Source of the DNA: Chiloscyllium plagiosum
Taxonomy: Eukaryota
Reading direction: 5' to 3'
Length of the DNA stretch: 49,666 bases
NCBI RefSeq assembly: GCF_004010195.1
Contig: NC_057749.1
Coordinates: 13,077,276-13,126,941 of the forward strand
The position numbers were made by a program, and so were the translations under genes. This document shows positions 24,861 through 39,500 of the stretch, in pieces (position 1 is the stretch's first letter; each line of letters starts with the position of its first letter). The notes under the pieces were generated by a model that saw nothing but the letters and a program-made list of their open reading frames with translations, had not been told where the DNA came from and did no database searches.

Positions 24861-26136
24861 TGTCATTGGGTCAAAATCCTGGAATTCCCTCCCTAAGGGC
24901 TTTGTGGGTCTACCCACAGCACATGGACTGCAGTGGTTCAAGAAGGCAGTTCACCCCCACCTTCTCAAGGGGCTACTAGGGACGGGGCAATAAATGCTGG
25001 ACCAGCCAGTGACACCCATGCCCCATGAGAGAAAGTAAAGTCTTATGTATGGAACATGAACTGAGGTAGACTGTCCAGTCCTGCTCCACTAGTCAATACG
25101 AACAGGACTGATCTGTCCATGGTTTAAAGTGCATCTTCATCTCACTCTGCTATCTCAGGCTCCGGTGTCTCTCCATCCTGTGAGAGAGAAATCAAAATCC
25201 TCTTTAAAAAGTGAGCTCTGAAAGCTGCATCTCTTACCTGGACTAATCCACAAGAGGAAACATCCTTTCCATGGTCACCTTGTCCAGACCATCAGGATCT
25301 TATCCACATCAATCAGTCCCCCCCCCCCCCCCCCCCCCCCCCCCAGTGGAAACAAGCCCAGTCTGTCCCCTCTTTCCCCATAACACAACCCACTCATTCC
25401 AGCTCTCCCCCTGGTAAACCTCCCCTGAACCAGCCTCCAATGTACTGGTATCCTTCTGTAAGTAAGAAGGTTGAATTGTCAGAATGGGAACGATGGTGAA
25501 ATGGGGTGATGGTGTCAATGTAGGTTCAATAGTCAGGGCAGTTTCAGGAGAAAGGGTGCAGCGATTGGGGATTAAACAAAAGGGACAATTAGGAAGTTGG
25601 AATACCCTCTGGATGTGCAGATACTGAAATGACTGANNNNNNNNNNNNNNNNNNNNNNNNNNNNNNNNNNNNNNNNNNNNNNNNNNNNNNNNNNNNNNNN
25701 NNNNNNNNNNNNNNNNNNNNNNNNNNNNNNNNNNNNNNNNNNNNNNNNNNNNNNNNNNNNNNNNNNNNNNNNNNNNNNNNNNNNNNNNNNNNNNNNNNNN
25801 NNNNNNNNNNNNNNNNNNNNNNNNNNNNNNNNNNNNNNNNNNNNNNNNNNNNNNNNNNNNNNNNNNNNNNNNNNNNNNNNNNNNNNNNNNNNNNNNNNNN
25901 NNNNNNNNNNNNNNNNNNNNNNNNNNNNNNNNNNNNNNNNNNNNNNNNNNNNNNNNNNNNNNNNNNNNNNNNNNNNNNNNNNNNNNNNNNNNNNNNNNNN
26001 NNNNNNNNNNNNNNNNNNNNNNNNNNNNNNNNNNNNNNNNNNNNNNNNNNNNNNNNNNNNNNNNNNNNNNNNNNNNNNNNNNNNNNNNNNNNNNNNNNNN
26101 NNNNNNNNNNNNNNNNNNNNNNNNNNNNNNNNNNNN

Positions 26137-26350
26137 GCCCCCCTCCCTCTCTCGGTGCTCGGCCCTTCCTCCCGGTTCCCTGGCTCCTCCCCCCCCGGTT
26201 CCCTCGCTCCGTTCGGCCCGCACATTGTGACCTGCCCCCGCCGCTGTCACCATCGTCTACTGTCGACAAGGTGCTCGGGCGCCACGCCTGGCCCCCGTTC
26301 GGGAGGAATAGAGCGCGACACCGCCGCCTAGAGGCTGGAAGACCTTCTCC
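26137..26350 (-). promoter_or_regulatory. CpG-rich island, probable promoter/5' UTR of an unidentified gene running into the N-gap
   Basis: Abrupt GC/CpG-rich unique sequence next to a gap; minus strand is purine-rich and 5'-UTR-like (GGAGCGAGGGAACCGGGG...). Confidence 0.5.
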
Positions 26351-26869
26351 CCTCTCAGAGGCGGCTATTCAACCCATCAAGTCTCTTCTGGCTCCTTGAA
26401 AAGACCATTCAAGTATTCCTACTTTCCCTCACTAGCTTTATTTTAAAAAGACGCCTTTCAAGCCTAGGTCCAATTCCTTTTAAAAGGACATGAAAATGGC
26501 CCAACCATTTATACAAATTATCCAGATTGTTTTAAAAGGTGGCATACGGCCTAAGGCCAAGCTTTTGAAAAAAAGCTTCAGCAGTCACATCCCTCTCTTC
26601 AGACATTTTCAAATCCAAGCTGCCACGCCACTATTGAACATTCAACGAATCCACCTCTGTTTTCCAAAGGCACAAGGGGTTTTTCAGCTCCTTCAGGCTG
26701 TTCAGTCCCATCCTCCCACTCTACCCAGATTTCTTTCTAGATCATTGATCATCTTCCCTTTCACTCTTTTCTTCCTCTCTGCGCGTGTGTGCAGGTGTAA
26801 GACACAGTAAAGAACAAGTGTGTAAATCTTTATTTATATTCCACCAGGAAGAAATATTTCTGAAGAAAT

Positions 26870-27152
26870 GGGCAGCACAGTGGCGCAATGGGTGGCACTG
26901 CTAGCCTAAAGCACCAGGGACCCCGGTCTGATTCCCACTTTGGGCGACTACTTGTGTGGAGTTTCTTCTGGGTGCTCCAGTTTCCTCCCACAATCCAAAA
27001 GATGTGCAGGTCAGGTGAGTGGGCCATGCTAAATTGCCCATTGCGTTAAGTGTATTAGTCAAGGGTAAATATCAGGTAGGAGAATGGGTCTGGGTGGATT
27101 ACTCTTCAGAGGGGCCGAAGGGCCTCCTTCCATACTGTTGGGAATCTAATCT
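26870..27152 (+). mobile_element. HE1-type SINE, diverged
   Basis: Similar to 369-652. Confidence 0.8.
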
Positions 27153-28528
27153 ATAAATAAAGGAAACACCAGAGTGGCCAGTGACAAGCAGTACCCTGCC
27201 TGATTAAAAATAAGTGAAGGGGAGGGCAGGGATTAAATCAAAATATTGTGATCATAGGCAACATCATCATTATTCATGCTTACATAATAAAAATATCTTC
27301 CTCACAATCCCTTTGTATCTTTCCTTTAAAATCTTAAATTTTTCCTGCCTGAGCTATAGTGCAATTAGCAATTGGACAGCCTTTCTTTATTTAACTTCTC
27401 TAAATCTCCTAAAATCTTCAGCACCATATCAGCCTTGTTCTACTTCTTCTCAGCAAGACATGTTTGAGGCATGCCTCACGTGTCTCCTACCAACATCCTG
27501 CTTTTCGTTTGATGACTGCCAGCTATTCTTTCCCTCATAGGCCATGAGGCTCAAGGCAAGGACAGGACAGGTTTCATTCAAGCAATAATCTGCTTCTTTC
27601 AAATGTTGACACACCCTTTCTTCTGAATATGCCTAATATAGTCATAATCCATATCTTTTCCAGATGATCTTTTATAAAAAAGATCTGTTGCGCACATCAA
27701 GTTTTCTGAGGCCACTAGTTTGTTAAAGGTCATGAGGAGAAAGAAAACATACTAACAGAAAAATAAAATCAAGTACACCTATGCAGATAGTGACAGGGTC
27801 AAAATGTACAAAGTACTTTCTACCAAAATCACTTGAGGGAGAATATTTACTACTTAGTGATAAATATCAGGGCAAAATAAGACAACTAGCTGGAGATATA
27901 CAGCGATCTACTAGCAATAGAGATGTTTCAGTTGAAGTCCATTCATCATAACTGATACAGATTCCAGAGTCCCTGACCAGTTGTCTCAGCAACATCCTCC
28001 TTTAAAAACAAATATCAAAGTCATTTGAGAGGAGGAAGGATCAGGAGAAATTCCAATCACAATATTTTTGGGTGTCCACTGAAGGCAACACTTTCTTAAA
28101 AAACGTATAAAACATAGGATCTTCCTCAAAATTACCTTTTCACTTCCAAGTGCTGGTAGATTTGCTATGCCTTTTTTGTCCACATCTCAGATTTCCAACA
28201 GTTTTTCTTCATCTATCAGTTTTATATTAGCTAGTGAATTAACAGTTGTGAAAAGGAAAACAGGGACACATGAAAATGTCATCCTGAATTTAATTTCAAA
28301 CGGCACATGTACATGAAAAACACTATGAAAGGATGTTGACTATTAATACCAATATGTATACCAATCTTCAGTTGAGTAAATAATTGAACATACTTTGTTC
28401 CAATTTGATCATTTTATCCTATTGTTTAGCGATCACCAAATTTTCTCCTGACACCAAAGGTCAGTCTAAACAACACCCTTCTCTTTCCCTCATGCCATTA
28501 ATGCATAATCAATGGTCTGCCTGGTATT

Positions 28529-28764
28529 ATTAGATTAGATTACTTACAGTGTGGAAACAGGCCCTTCGGCCCAACAAGTCCACACCGACCCACCGAAGCG
28601 CAACCTTTGGACTGTGGGAGGAAACCGGAGCACCCGGAGGAAACCCACGCAGACACGGGGAGAACGTGCAAACTCCACACAGTCAGTCGCCTGAGTCGGG
28701 AATTGAACCTGGGTCTCTGGCGCTGTGAGGCAGCAGTGCTAACCACTGTGCTACCGTGCCGCCC
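28529..28764 (-). mobile_element. HE1-type SINE, internally deleted
   Basis: Reverse complement of the 18127-type SINE. Confidence 0.88.
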
Positions 28765-30269
28765 TTAACCCATTCTAAGCCCTAAATACATTGCATGAGT
28801 TATAGGCAAAAAAACAAGTATTAATTTATGACTATAAGATACATTCTATCGTTAGTGCCTGGATTTGGGGATCTTGAAATGGTCAGCAGGCTTTGATAAC
28901 TAAATAAAATGGCTGCTCTGATTCTTTGCCTGTTTCTTCTTTCCTAAAGGTGTAAGTCTTCACTTTTTAATTCACTCTCTAGATGAGGAAGTCTCTGATG
29001 GCTGGCATTTATTGACCATTCTTTGCCATGGGAGGCAGTGGAGTGGTTTTAATATAGCCAAGTGCTTTTGCTAGACATTGGTATGGGCTATTAGAGTCTG
29101 TTTTTAATCATTTCATCTCATTGTATGCTGTTAACCAAATTTACCCCAAAACCAAATGTCTGTCTGAACAGCAAAAAATTTAGACCATTCAGCCCAAAAT
29201 TTCATACATTAAAATCGTTTTTCCATCTGCTCGCCATAGCCCTTAACTCCAGTGACTATCAAGAATGGATCTTGCTCCGCATTTAACAAATTCAGGGACC
29301 ACCAAATTTCCCAAGCTTTGCAGAAACAAAGCCCTTGAGAAGCACTCCATTTAATTTTCAGTTTTGGACTCTAAAACATTCAAGAGTAGAAACAACAATT
29401 AACCAAGGTTGGAGAAATAAACACGAGATACTGCACTGCAACTACACAGCAAACTACTGGGGTAAAATGACATCCAACCCTCGTAAAAGATTGCCAGTCT
29501 ACTAGAATATTGGAACTGCTTACTAATACTGGCAGTTCTGTTGCACTCCCTCAGGCTGGACTCCACTGACAACAAGCCAATTTAGAAATATACTAGTTCC
29601 AGTCACACAACACTGAACAGCAAACAAATGTTCATACTCCTGAGTGAAAGGTCAGGTAACTTGTGTTCCAGAGTGGTAGTTTTGCCAAAGGTGTGGGCAA
29701 TTATATTCATTACACTAGCTTTCTTTCGTGCGTCTCAGGAGCAAAAGGAAGTTTTCTTTTCCAGTCCACACCCTTTTACACACCTAATTCCTAACACATA
29801 CTTCAACTTTTTAATATTCCTTTCACTGCCTCATGAGACTTTTTTCCCAAAGCAGTTAGAATGTGCGACTTGCTACTGCAAGAAATTGTTCATGCAAATT
29901 CCAGAGATGCATTTAATGATAGGCTAAGTAAACAAGAGGAAGTAATCATCTGATCTATTTGTTCGATGGAAAGGTGTGAAGAGGCTTGTGCAAAGCACAA
30001 ACACCAGCATAGACTAGTTGAGTCTGACTGCCTGCTTCAGTCTTGTAAATACTGTGCAAAAGTAATACTAGTTCTTTCTTCCATGTTGATTAAGCTGTTC
30101 ATGCGTCAAAGTATTAACATCCTTTTGCCTCAGTGGCTGGACAATCCACCCTCATCCATTTGTTTCTACCAGGAATCGAAGGATGAACATATAAATTTCT
30201 ACTCGTTTGCATATTTTCTTTTCTGATGTCAACTGAACAAAAGTTCAGATTTTCCACCTTTATCATTTA

Positions 30270-30545
30270 GGGTGGCTTAGTTGTTAGCACTGCTGCCACA
30301 GACCCAGATTCGATTCCACCCTCAGATGACTGTGGGAAGTTTGCACATTTTCCCCATGTCTGCATGGGTTTCCTCCAAGACCTCCTGTTTCCCCTCTCAG
30401 TCCAAAGATGTGCAGGTTAGGTGAATTAGCACGGAGAATGTAGGGTTATTGGGATGGTACGGGTATGGGTCTGGGTGGAATGCTCTTTGGAGGGTCAGTG
30501 TGCACCCAATGGGCCAAATGACCTTCTTCCACACTGTCTGAATTC
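30270..30545 (+). mobile_element. HE1-type SINE, diverged
   Basis: gtggcttagttgttagcactgctgcc...tccaaagatgtgcaggttagg. Confidence 0.75.
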
Positions 30546-31996
30546 TTTGAATGCACTCTTAGCTATTTTCTTTTTATTTGCACCACCTTGAGGTATAAAC
30601 TGCAGTCACTGGTCAATAATTAATGTCAAATAATCAATACAGCTTAAGGACCCTGAGCTTCCAGCCTCTAAAGAGGACAACACTTCCAGATCACTATCTT
30701 GCACCTCAGCATCTAGTTTAGGGGCCTCTGGATTGCAGCAAGGTTCTGCTCCTACCACACAAGAGCACAGAATCCCTCTTCTAAATTGTAACTACACTCC
30801 CACCTATCTTTACAGAATCTTCAGCAGTTATATACATATTATGATGACCAGTTCAGTGACCTGACTCAGATCAGTTCAGCAGTTAACACTAAACTAAGTC
30901 CTATGCAGAAAAGAAACTAAACATTAAATAATATCTCAATGTGTTTAGTGGATGAAGAATTTCAAAATAATTTCCTGAAGCAACAAATTTTATGTTGTGC
31001 ACCATATTCCTTGATTGCTTGAGTTAGGTAAAGTTTAAATGAAATCAGCTTCATAAAATTATGAAGGAAAGAACCCAACAGTTTACCTTCATTAAGATAC
31101 CATTTCTCTCTTCCTCTCATTCTCATTTTGACTCAACTTCCAGACCACACAAAGAAGCCTCAGTTCATAGCAGCATATGTTTTAAGATATGGGGTAAACT
31201 TGCATTGTGTAATTAAAATGAGCAAACAAAACGCAAGACAACATGCCTTCAAAGCCATCTGTTCAGATATGTCTGCAGTATTCTCTCCTGGCCAGAACGT
31301 TGACAATACTGTTAATCCACAGATAGTGACTTGACACAATATGGGATAGGCAGGAGGAGTTAAATTGCCAGTCTGATGAGATAAGAATAATTCTTATCCC
31401 TGGCACTTATTTTGCAGCAGGGCACGGCCATCACCAGGCCAAGTTAAATTTTGAAACTCTGCAAGTGATTCTCGTACCTGAGGAACACAATGCTTCAGGT
31501 GGTCACTCCCTAAGCTGTAGTGGTGCGGGTACTATGCTTGAAATAGTAACAGACTGCTAAGGCAAACCAGAAACCAGCCAAATAATAGTACCATTCTTAT
31601 AGAGATTGTCAGAGAAAGGCATGGCCATAAGACATCACAGAAATATTTTTTCAACTTGTGATTCTAGCATCAGCTAAAATATCTAAAGTGCAAGGCATAT
31701 CTAAAGTATTTGAACAAGTCTTTCATACCATAGTCACAACAACATACCATGGTAGGATTTTAAATGACCAAAAACAAAACAACAGCACCACAATTACGAT
31801 CATCGAAATATTAAGAGGAAAAGTTTACAATTAAAAGATTAATCAGGTGTCTTTTTTACAAAGCCAGGATGGATTTGAGTATCTCTATGTGCTGTACGTT
31901 TCTGCGATATGTAACAGAATGGTAATCAGGATGCAAGTAACAAGATGAAGTTTTAAAAAACACAATTTATCTCATGGTTCAAAAAAAAAGTACTGG

Positions 31997-32710
31997 GAGA
32001 TGGTGGCCTAGTGGTATTATTACTGGACTGTTAATCCAGAGACCCAGGTAACGTTTTGGGGACCTGGGTTCAATAAATATCTGGAATTAAGAGTCTAATG
32101 GTGACCATGAATCTACCGATGATTGTCGAGAAACACCCATCTGGTTCACTAATGTCCTTTAGGGAAGGAAACTCCCATCCTTATTCGGTCTGGCCCACAT
32201 GTGACTCCAGATAGACAGCAATGTGGTTGGCTATTAACTGCCCTCTGGGCAATAAATGTTGGCAAAGACAGTGACACACACATCCTGTGATTAATTTTTA
32301 AAAATCCAGTTTAAATTTAAGGAGACAGCTAGGCCAGCAAAGGGATACTCACTGAAACTTAATGTCTTGGCAGTGGTCCAGTTGTATTGTCAGTAGGCTA
32401 ATAATCCAAAGGCCAGTAATGTTCCGGGGACCCGGGTTCAAATCCCACCACAGCAAATGATGGAATTCAATGAAAATCTAGAATTAATAGCTTAATAATA
32501 ACCATCGTCAGTTGTTGTAAAAACCAAGCTATTTCACTAATGTCCTTTAGGGAAGCAAACCCTTACCCTGGTTTAGCCTACGTGTCTCTCCAGACCCGCA
32601 GACTCTTAACTGCCACCTTAATCGGCCTAGCAAGCCACTCAGCTGTGTCAGACTAGTGATGGACATAAAAGCTGGCCTAGGCAGTAATGCCCACATTCCA
32701 CAGGCAAATC
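31997..32710 (+). mobile_element. Two adjacent copies of a second tRNA-derived SINE family (about 31997-32300 and 32367-32710)
   Basis: A/B boxes (TGGCCTAGTGG, GGTTCAAATCC); shared core TTCACTAATGTCCTTTAGGGAAG; 3' tail like the LINE family at 5500-6735. Confidence 0.75.
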
Positions 32711-33302
32711 TTTTTAAAAATTAAAGAAATGCTGGGATTTATAGTAACTTCCACTACTGGGTGAAGTCAACAGTCACAAAGTGAGGTATTAAATGCCAGG
32801 AGGTAGACCATTGGTCTTTAAACTTGGTCAAACAACGACTTTGGCTGCAACTCATGAAAAAAAAAGCAGTGACCTTTTGACTGTTTAAAAACATGCTCCT
32901 TTCCCCATCCACCAGGAGCTGGATACCTAGGTTCACCAACAAATGCAATGGCCCCTGACCACCAAGCATTAAGAGGGTACACTGTGATACAGCCAGGTAG
33001 CAAACTCTGAAGAGTGGAAGGGTGAGGAGCTCAGTGGTTCAAAAATTAAAACAGAAGCGTTATTATAGTAGAGAACAACCAAAAATAGATTATCTCAACA
33101 CAAATAAAGCCAGAGTAACATTAAAAAAGCATCAGCAAATACAATGTAATTGAACGAAAATTTGAAGTATAAATTTTGAGTTTCATCACAAATGCATAAT
33201 TGATTAACGTAGTGCACATTGCTCCAATCCAATCTATCCATTTGTCTACTATAATGTAGTCCATTTCTAATCCTAGGGATATGGAATCGATGTTGAGGCA
33301 GG

Positions 33303-33515
33303 TTACAGCATGCAGCATGCCCTGAAAAGCAGCATCCCATCCACTGAACGGATACACAAGCCAACCCCCTCGTTGGCTGCAATGAATAGCACAGATCCTC
33401 GCCGAATGTTGACTTCAGACGGGCTAGCTGTGCTTGTGGCTTCACCCCGAATGACCAGCAGGATACTTGCAGAATCAATGGAGGCTACCTTGTACCGTTT
33501 CACCGAACTTGGAAC
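33303..33515 (-). CDS. MPI: MPI exon 8 (coding part to stop)
   Basis: caatccag|[24 protein letters not shown]...[11 protein letters not shown]...[12 protein letters not shown]. Confidence 0.97.
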   Translation of the reverse strand, partial: VPSSVKRYKVASIDSASILLVIRGEATSTASPSEVNIRRGSVLFIAANEGVGLCIRSVDGMLLFRACCML

Positions 33516-36500
33516 CTGGATTGAAGAAATTTTATTTAGGATTATAAAATTATCAGGTGATTATCAAAACTAACAGATTCAGCTCTTTTCACAGTAGGTA
33601 TTGTTCAGGGAAGTTACAAACTTAGGTAGAATATAGCTCATCTCACAGTTTTGAATGTTTTGTATAATTCTGACCTCGACAATACACGGGGAACACAAAG
33701 TACTGGAGAAAGTACAATTAAGATTTACTAGAATAATATTTTAACTGAGGAGGTTTAACTATCAGAAAGGATGGAACAAGCTGGAAATATTTTCTCTAGA
33801 AACAGAGAACAGACCAGCTGGCGGGATTCAAAACGATGACAGGACTTGCTAAGGTAGATGTTTTGAGGGGGGGGGGGGGAGAAGAGGTGGATGGATAGAA
33901 AGAGAGTTGGGGAGAAACGAGGAAAGGGTAGGGGTGGGTAGAGGTAGGATACCAAAATCTAGGAGATCTAAATCATTGATAAATCCAGTATGGATCCAAG
34001 AGTAAATTCTTCAGTTGGGGAAATGTGAAACTCATCACATGGTGTATTTCAGCAGATCAGAATAACTACATTTAACTAGAATAGTACAGGAGGGAGAAAA
34101 GATTAGAATAGGTCAACAGATTGAAATAACTAGAATGGGAAGCAGCTGGTGTGGTGGATTAACATCTATACTGACCTGTTGGGCTGAATATTCTGTTTTG
34201 TGTCATAAATTCAATGTAATGCAAAGTGATCATTTCACTGCGGGCTCCCCTCTCATCCAACACCAGTGCATGCACCTGTACGAAGGTCTGCATTATGCAG
34301 CTTGTGTGGGAAGTCATCAGTTCCTTGTGGATCTACCGTGCAACTTGCTCTCAGCTCAAAACTGTCAGCATTTCTTTACACTCTCTCTTGGCTATCACAG
34401 CAAAATAGAAAGAGCATCTATGCAGAGCCAGAGCCAGAATGCAGATATATGCAAAGGTTCATCAATGAATGGCTGCAGAAGATCAAGCATCTGGCAATGG
34501 TACATTGACATTGATTGCAGCTTGAGCCATACCTCTATTTTTATCACTGTGAAATCGGGCACTGGAGGGTCATACAGAGAAACACATGGATCACAAGGAT
34601 CCCGAACAGATGGAAAGATCTTCTCCCTTGCTGGTGCAGGTGTGTAATTGAGCATTTCACAAAGGGTCTGAACATCAATGAATTTTGGAGTGAGCCCAGC
34701 TCGCACAGTATTATCAGAACATGCCATACATTCTATACAATCTAGAAAGGAAAATAAAGTTAATCAACACCTGCTCATTATTCACATGCTATCACTTACA
34801 TATCTCTCAGCAATTAGAGCCAGAATAGCTGATGTGTTAGTTGCAGAATTTGAAAAATGCATATTCGCACTATACAAGTGGTGGGTAATCCTCATCCCTC
34901 TGACATTTAATGGCATTCCAATGCTGAATCCTCCATCAACATCCTGGGGGTTATCACTGACCAGAAACTAAACTGAGCAAGCTATATAAATATAATGATT
35001 ATGATTAGGTTGGAGACTTGGAATTCTGTGGCAAGTCACCCATCCCCTAACTCTCCAAAGCCATCTATCATCTACAAGGTCAAAAGTCAGGAGTGCAATG
35101 GAATACTCATCACTTGCTTAGATGAATGCAGCTCTAACAACATTCAAGAATCTTAACGCTATACAGAACTATACTTCAACAGCTCTGCATGACTGGTTCT
35201 CATACACCAACTCCCCACATTCACACCCTCCAATACCAACTCAGTGGCAGCAGTGTGTACTATTTGCAGGAGCCATAGCAACACTCCTTTGACATCACCT
35301 GCCAGACCTACAAACCGAAAGGCCAAGAGCAAGTGATGCATGGGAGCGCCAGCATTTGCAAGATCTTCCACAGACTACAAAACATCCTCACATGGAACTA
35401 TATCAGTGTTTCTTCACTACCTCTTGGTCAAAATGCCGAATTCCATCCCTATCAGTACTGTAGGTGTATCAACACCACATAAATTGAGTAGTTCAAGGAG
35501 GCAACTCACCCACTGATAAGTGGCAGATGGAGTTTATATAAATGTGAGGTGCTGCTTTTTGGGACAGCAAACCTTAGCAGGACTTATACACTTAATGGTA
35601 AGGTCCTAGGGAGTGTTGCTGAACAAAGAGACCGTGGAGTGCAGGTTCATAGCTCCTTGAAAGTGTAGATAGGATGGATTAGACGGCATATGGTATGCTT
35701 TCCTTTATTGGTCAGAGTATCGAGAACAGGAGTTGGGAGGTCATGCTGCAGCTATACAGGACATTGGTTAGGCCACTGTTGGAATATCACGTGCAATTCT
35801 GGTCTCCTTCCTACCGGAAAGATGTTGCCAGGGTTGGAGGTTTTGAACTATAGGGAGAGGTTGAATAGGCTCGGGCTGTTTTCCCTGGAGCTTCAGAGAC
35901 TGAGGGGTGACTTTATAGAGGTGTATAAAATCATGAGGGGCATGGATAGGATAAATAGACAAAGTATTTTCCCTGGGGTGGGGGAGTTCAGAACAAGAGG
36001 GCATAGGTGAGAAGGGAAAGATATAAAACAGGCCTAAGGGGCAACTTTTTCACGCAGAGGGTGGTACGTGTATGGCATGAGCTGCCAGAGGAAGTGGTGG
36101 AGGAGGCCAGTACAATTGCAACATTTAAAAGGGATCTGGATGGGTATATGAATAGGAAGGGTTTGGAGGGATATGGGTTGGGTGCTGGCAGGTTGGGATA
36201 TCTGGTCGGCATGGACAGGTTGGACCAATGGGTCTGTTTCTGTGCTGTACATCTCTATGACTTTATGACTCTGTGACCCATATCTTCTCAATGACAAGTA
36301 GGAATGGGCAATAAATTCCAGCCTAGCCAGCCACGTTCACAATTTAATTCAAGAATTCAAGTAGTAGTACAGATGTCGACATAATCATTCTAAATGGTGC
36401 AAGTTACTAAAAATTGTTCACACTTCCAACTATCAAAAATTATTTCCCGCTATCACCTTATTAGTCAACACTTTTGCGTCAACATTTGACACGGTTGATT

Positions 36501-39500
36501 GCCAGGTCAAAAATAATAGGAACACAGCACAGGAAAAATACAATTTACAATATAATCTTCTGCAATGCTTAACTATTACTTGAAATTCTGCCCACTGGTC
36601 ACCCATACAAGTCAAAACAACTCTCCAAACCCAGTCCAAACAGAGGACATTTAAAAAATTCTGTTTTCTATATTTCCAGAGTTTAAATAAAGCCAAATGA
36701 CAACAATTATGTTTTTCTCAAAATGCGAGGGTAGAGTTTGACACCAATAATATAACAATGAAACATGAACCAATCAAATCATTAAACATAATTGAGTTAA
36801 TGGCACCACTCATCATTCCTGTCCTGCCAATTTGTAAAGAGGTCTTTAGTCTTACCTCCATAAAGGTAAGCATGGGGTTCATTGGCTCCCAGAAACATGG
36901 CTTCTCCAGGTTGCAGTTTCACTAGGTTTAGAAAGTAGATGACAAAACACCCAACATCCCCTGGAAACTGGGAGTGCAACCGTAGCAAGAGCTCACCATT
37001 ACTTCCTGTAGTGTCCTTTCCTGCATCATCTATAGAAGATGTCGCTGTTAGTTTTGAACTGTTGCATGCACTTCATTAATAATTAGAATGGCAAACACTA
37101 AAATCCGCAAACATAAAAATGTCACAAACATAAAGCACAATAAGCAGAGGTTAGTTTTTTTCAGTTGGCTGACTATCAGCCTTATTGAAGGACATGCCTG
37201 AAATAGTGACCAGTCTTTCTTTGCAAAGCTAATTCCCTATTGTACAATTGCAGCATTTCCCTAAATAAGTTTATTTTTAGCATCTGGAGCTTTATGCAGA
37301 ATTGCAACCACATGGAAGTCAGGATAGCTCTCCATTGACCAGAGAAGGTTAAAAGGAACTTTAAGAGATGCATTCAAAATCATGGACGGCTTTGAGAAGA
37401 GAAAAATGGTTTCTACCAGAGGAGTATCAGTAGTGACAATAAACAAATTTAAGAATAATTAATAAAAGTGCCAGATGGGTGATGTAGAGAATTTTTCTTC
37501 ATGCAGCAAATCATTATGAATTGCAATGCATTCTGAAACAATTTCAAAAAAGAATTGTATAAATATTGAAAAAGAACAAATATTGCAAGGATATGAAGAA
37601 AGATGACAGAGTGGGATTAACTTGATGATTCTTTCAGAGTCAGGGCAGGAACAACAGGTTCAATGGCACTAAATGGCAGCTTGGTTAACTTGGTAACACT
37701 TTCTGTTCAAGCCACATTTCAGGTTTAAGCTCAACTGCAATGCAATAGAGAGAGCAGGACTGTCACTACCTTGTGGGTAAGAGATTTAGGCACTGGTAAT
37801 CCTGTGAATGCAGATCACAGTGCATCACTTCAAGGGAAGGTTGCCTTCGTAGTGTCATAGATAATATCACTGTCTCACCAACATCCATCATTAATTCATC
37901 TTATTAATGTTGGTGGGATCTTACCATGAGAGGTTCTAAACAGAGGCAGTCCATTTAGGACAGAGATGAGGAGGAATTTCTTTACTCAGAGGGTTATGAA
38001 TCGTTGAAATTTTCTACCCTACAGGACGGTGGAGAGTTATTGAGAATGTTAATGATGGAGGTTGAGATATTTCTACACATTAAAAACACCAAGAGATTCA
38101 TGGAGAGTGCAGGAAATGATACTGAAGATCAGTCAAAATCTCATTGAATGGTGCAGCAGACTGAATGGCCTCCTTCTACTCCTATTTTATACGTTAAGTG
38201 CAGTAAAATGGCTATCACATACTTGCAAACCAGTAACTGCATTTCAAGTAATTGCCAGCAAGTCATTTCCGACAGCTGGGATTTGGTAGGTAAATGCAAA
38301 TATTTGTTTAAGAGTTCCATATGACGACAAGCTTACATAAAAATGTTTAAGAAATATTGCACAATAAACACTAGCTTAGTGAGTGCAAGCTAATTTACAT
38401 TTGACTTTAACTCTTTTCTTCAGGCGGATTATTAATGTAACAAACCTTCTTGCAACACCCTCTTCACCAACATGTTCAGCTGATCAATAAAGGTTTTTTT
38501 TTCACAGTTCATCATTCGGGTAAAGCATTTCTTCAAAGCATCAGATACGTGACGTGGGTCACCAGTGTTATTTTCAAGCACTTCGGCAGCTTCGTTGCCA
38601 ATGACTGTACGGAATTCCGGGACGTCTGCAACAAAGCAAAAGTGTCTCAAGAGAAGGGAACCAGTGCAGGTCAGACATTTGTTCAGTTTCCATCTGAAAG
38701 AGGAAGGCTAGATAATACTTCGGGTGTAACACTACAAAATGATGAAGATAGTTGGGACAAGGAATAGCAACTAAAATTCCTGCTTGTATTACCAATAATG
38801 ATCGAAATGCATAGCGCAACTCTTGATTGAGGAGGACAGACTTAAGAGGAAGGGCACACATTGTTGAGTATCTATATCTGAACTTTTAGAAGAGCATGTT
38901 ACACAAGGAAGTGGAGGTTGCTGTTTTAATGAGGAATCATGATCAATCCAAGATACTACCATTAGGAAAAGAGATGAAAGGACAATGCAAGTACACTATC
39001 TCAAATCCAGCTACCCCAAACTGACTTAATCTCAAATACTTTTTGAAAAAATATTTAAGATGAGAAAAATTTCTGACATAGGAAATGGGGACAAATAGGA
39101 AAGTGTTATTAAGTCCAATGCATTTAAAGTGAATCAATGTCAGCAACAACCTGGCAATTAAGATAAAGTGCTTTGCAATTACGTAACTGGTTTTCCTGCG
39201 TTCCTACTCGCTAGCTTAAGGTTTTCCAATATGAATTAACAAGGTCCAAACCTTTTGCTAAAAAAAACGCGTTCCAAAATCTATCACAGTTTTCAGGCTG
39301 AGGTCAAGTAAGTCTTGAGAGTGTCTACTTATATCAGAAGATAAGAAACAAGGGGCATTAAGTCATTTTTTAAAAGTTGGATTTAATCATTGACAAACCA
39401 ATGACTTTGGAAAATATTTGTGTTAATGTTATAAACAGATATCCCAGCTCTAAGGGTGCATTTTGATAATACAAAAGAACCTTTGGTTGTACAGGACCTC

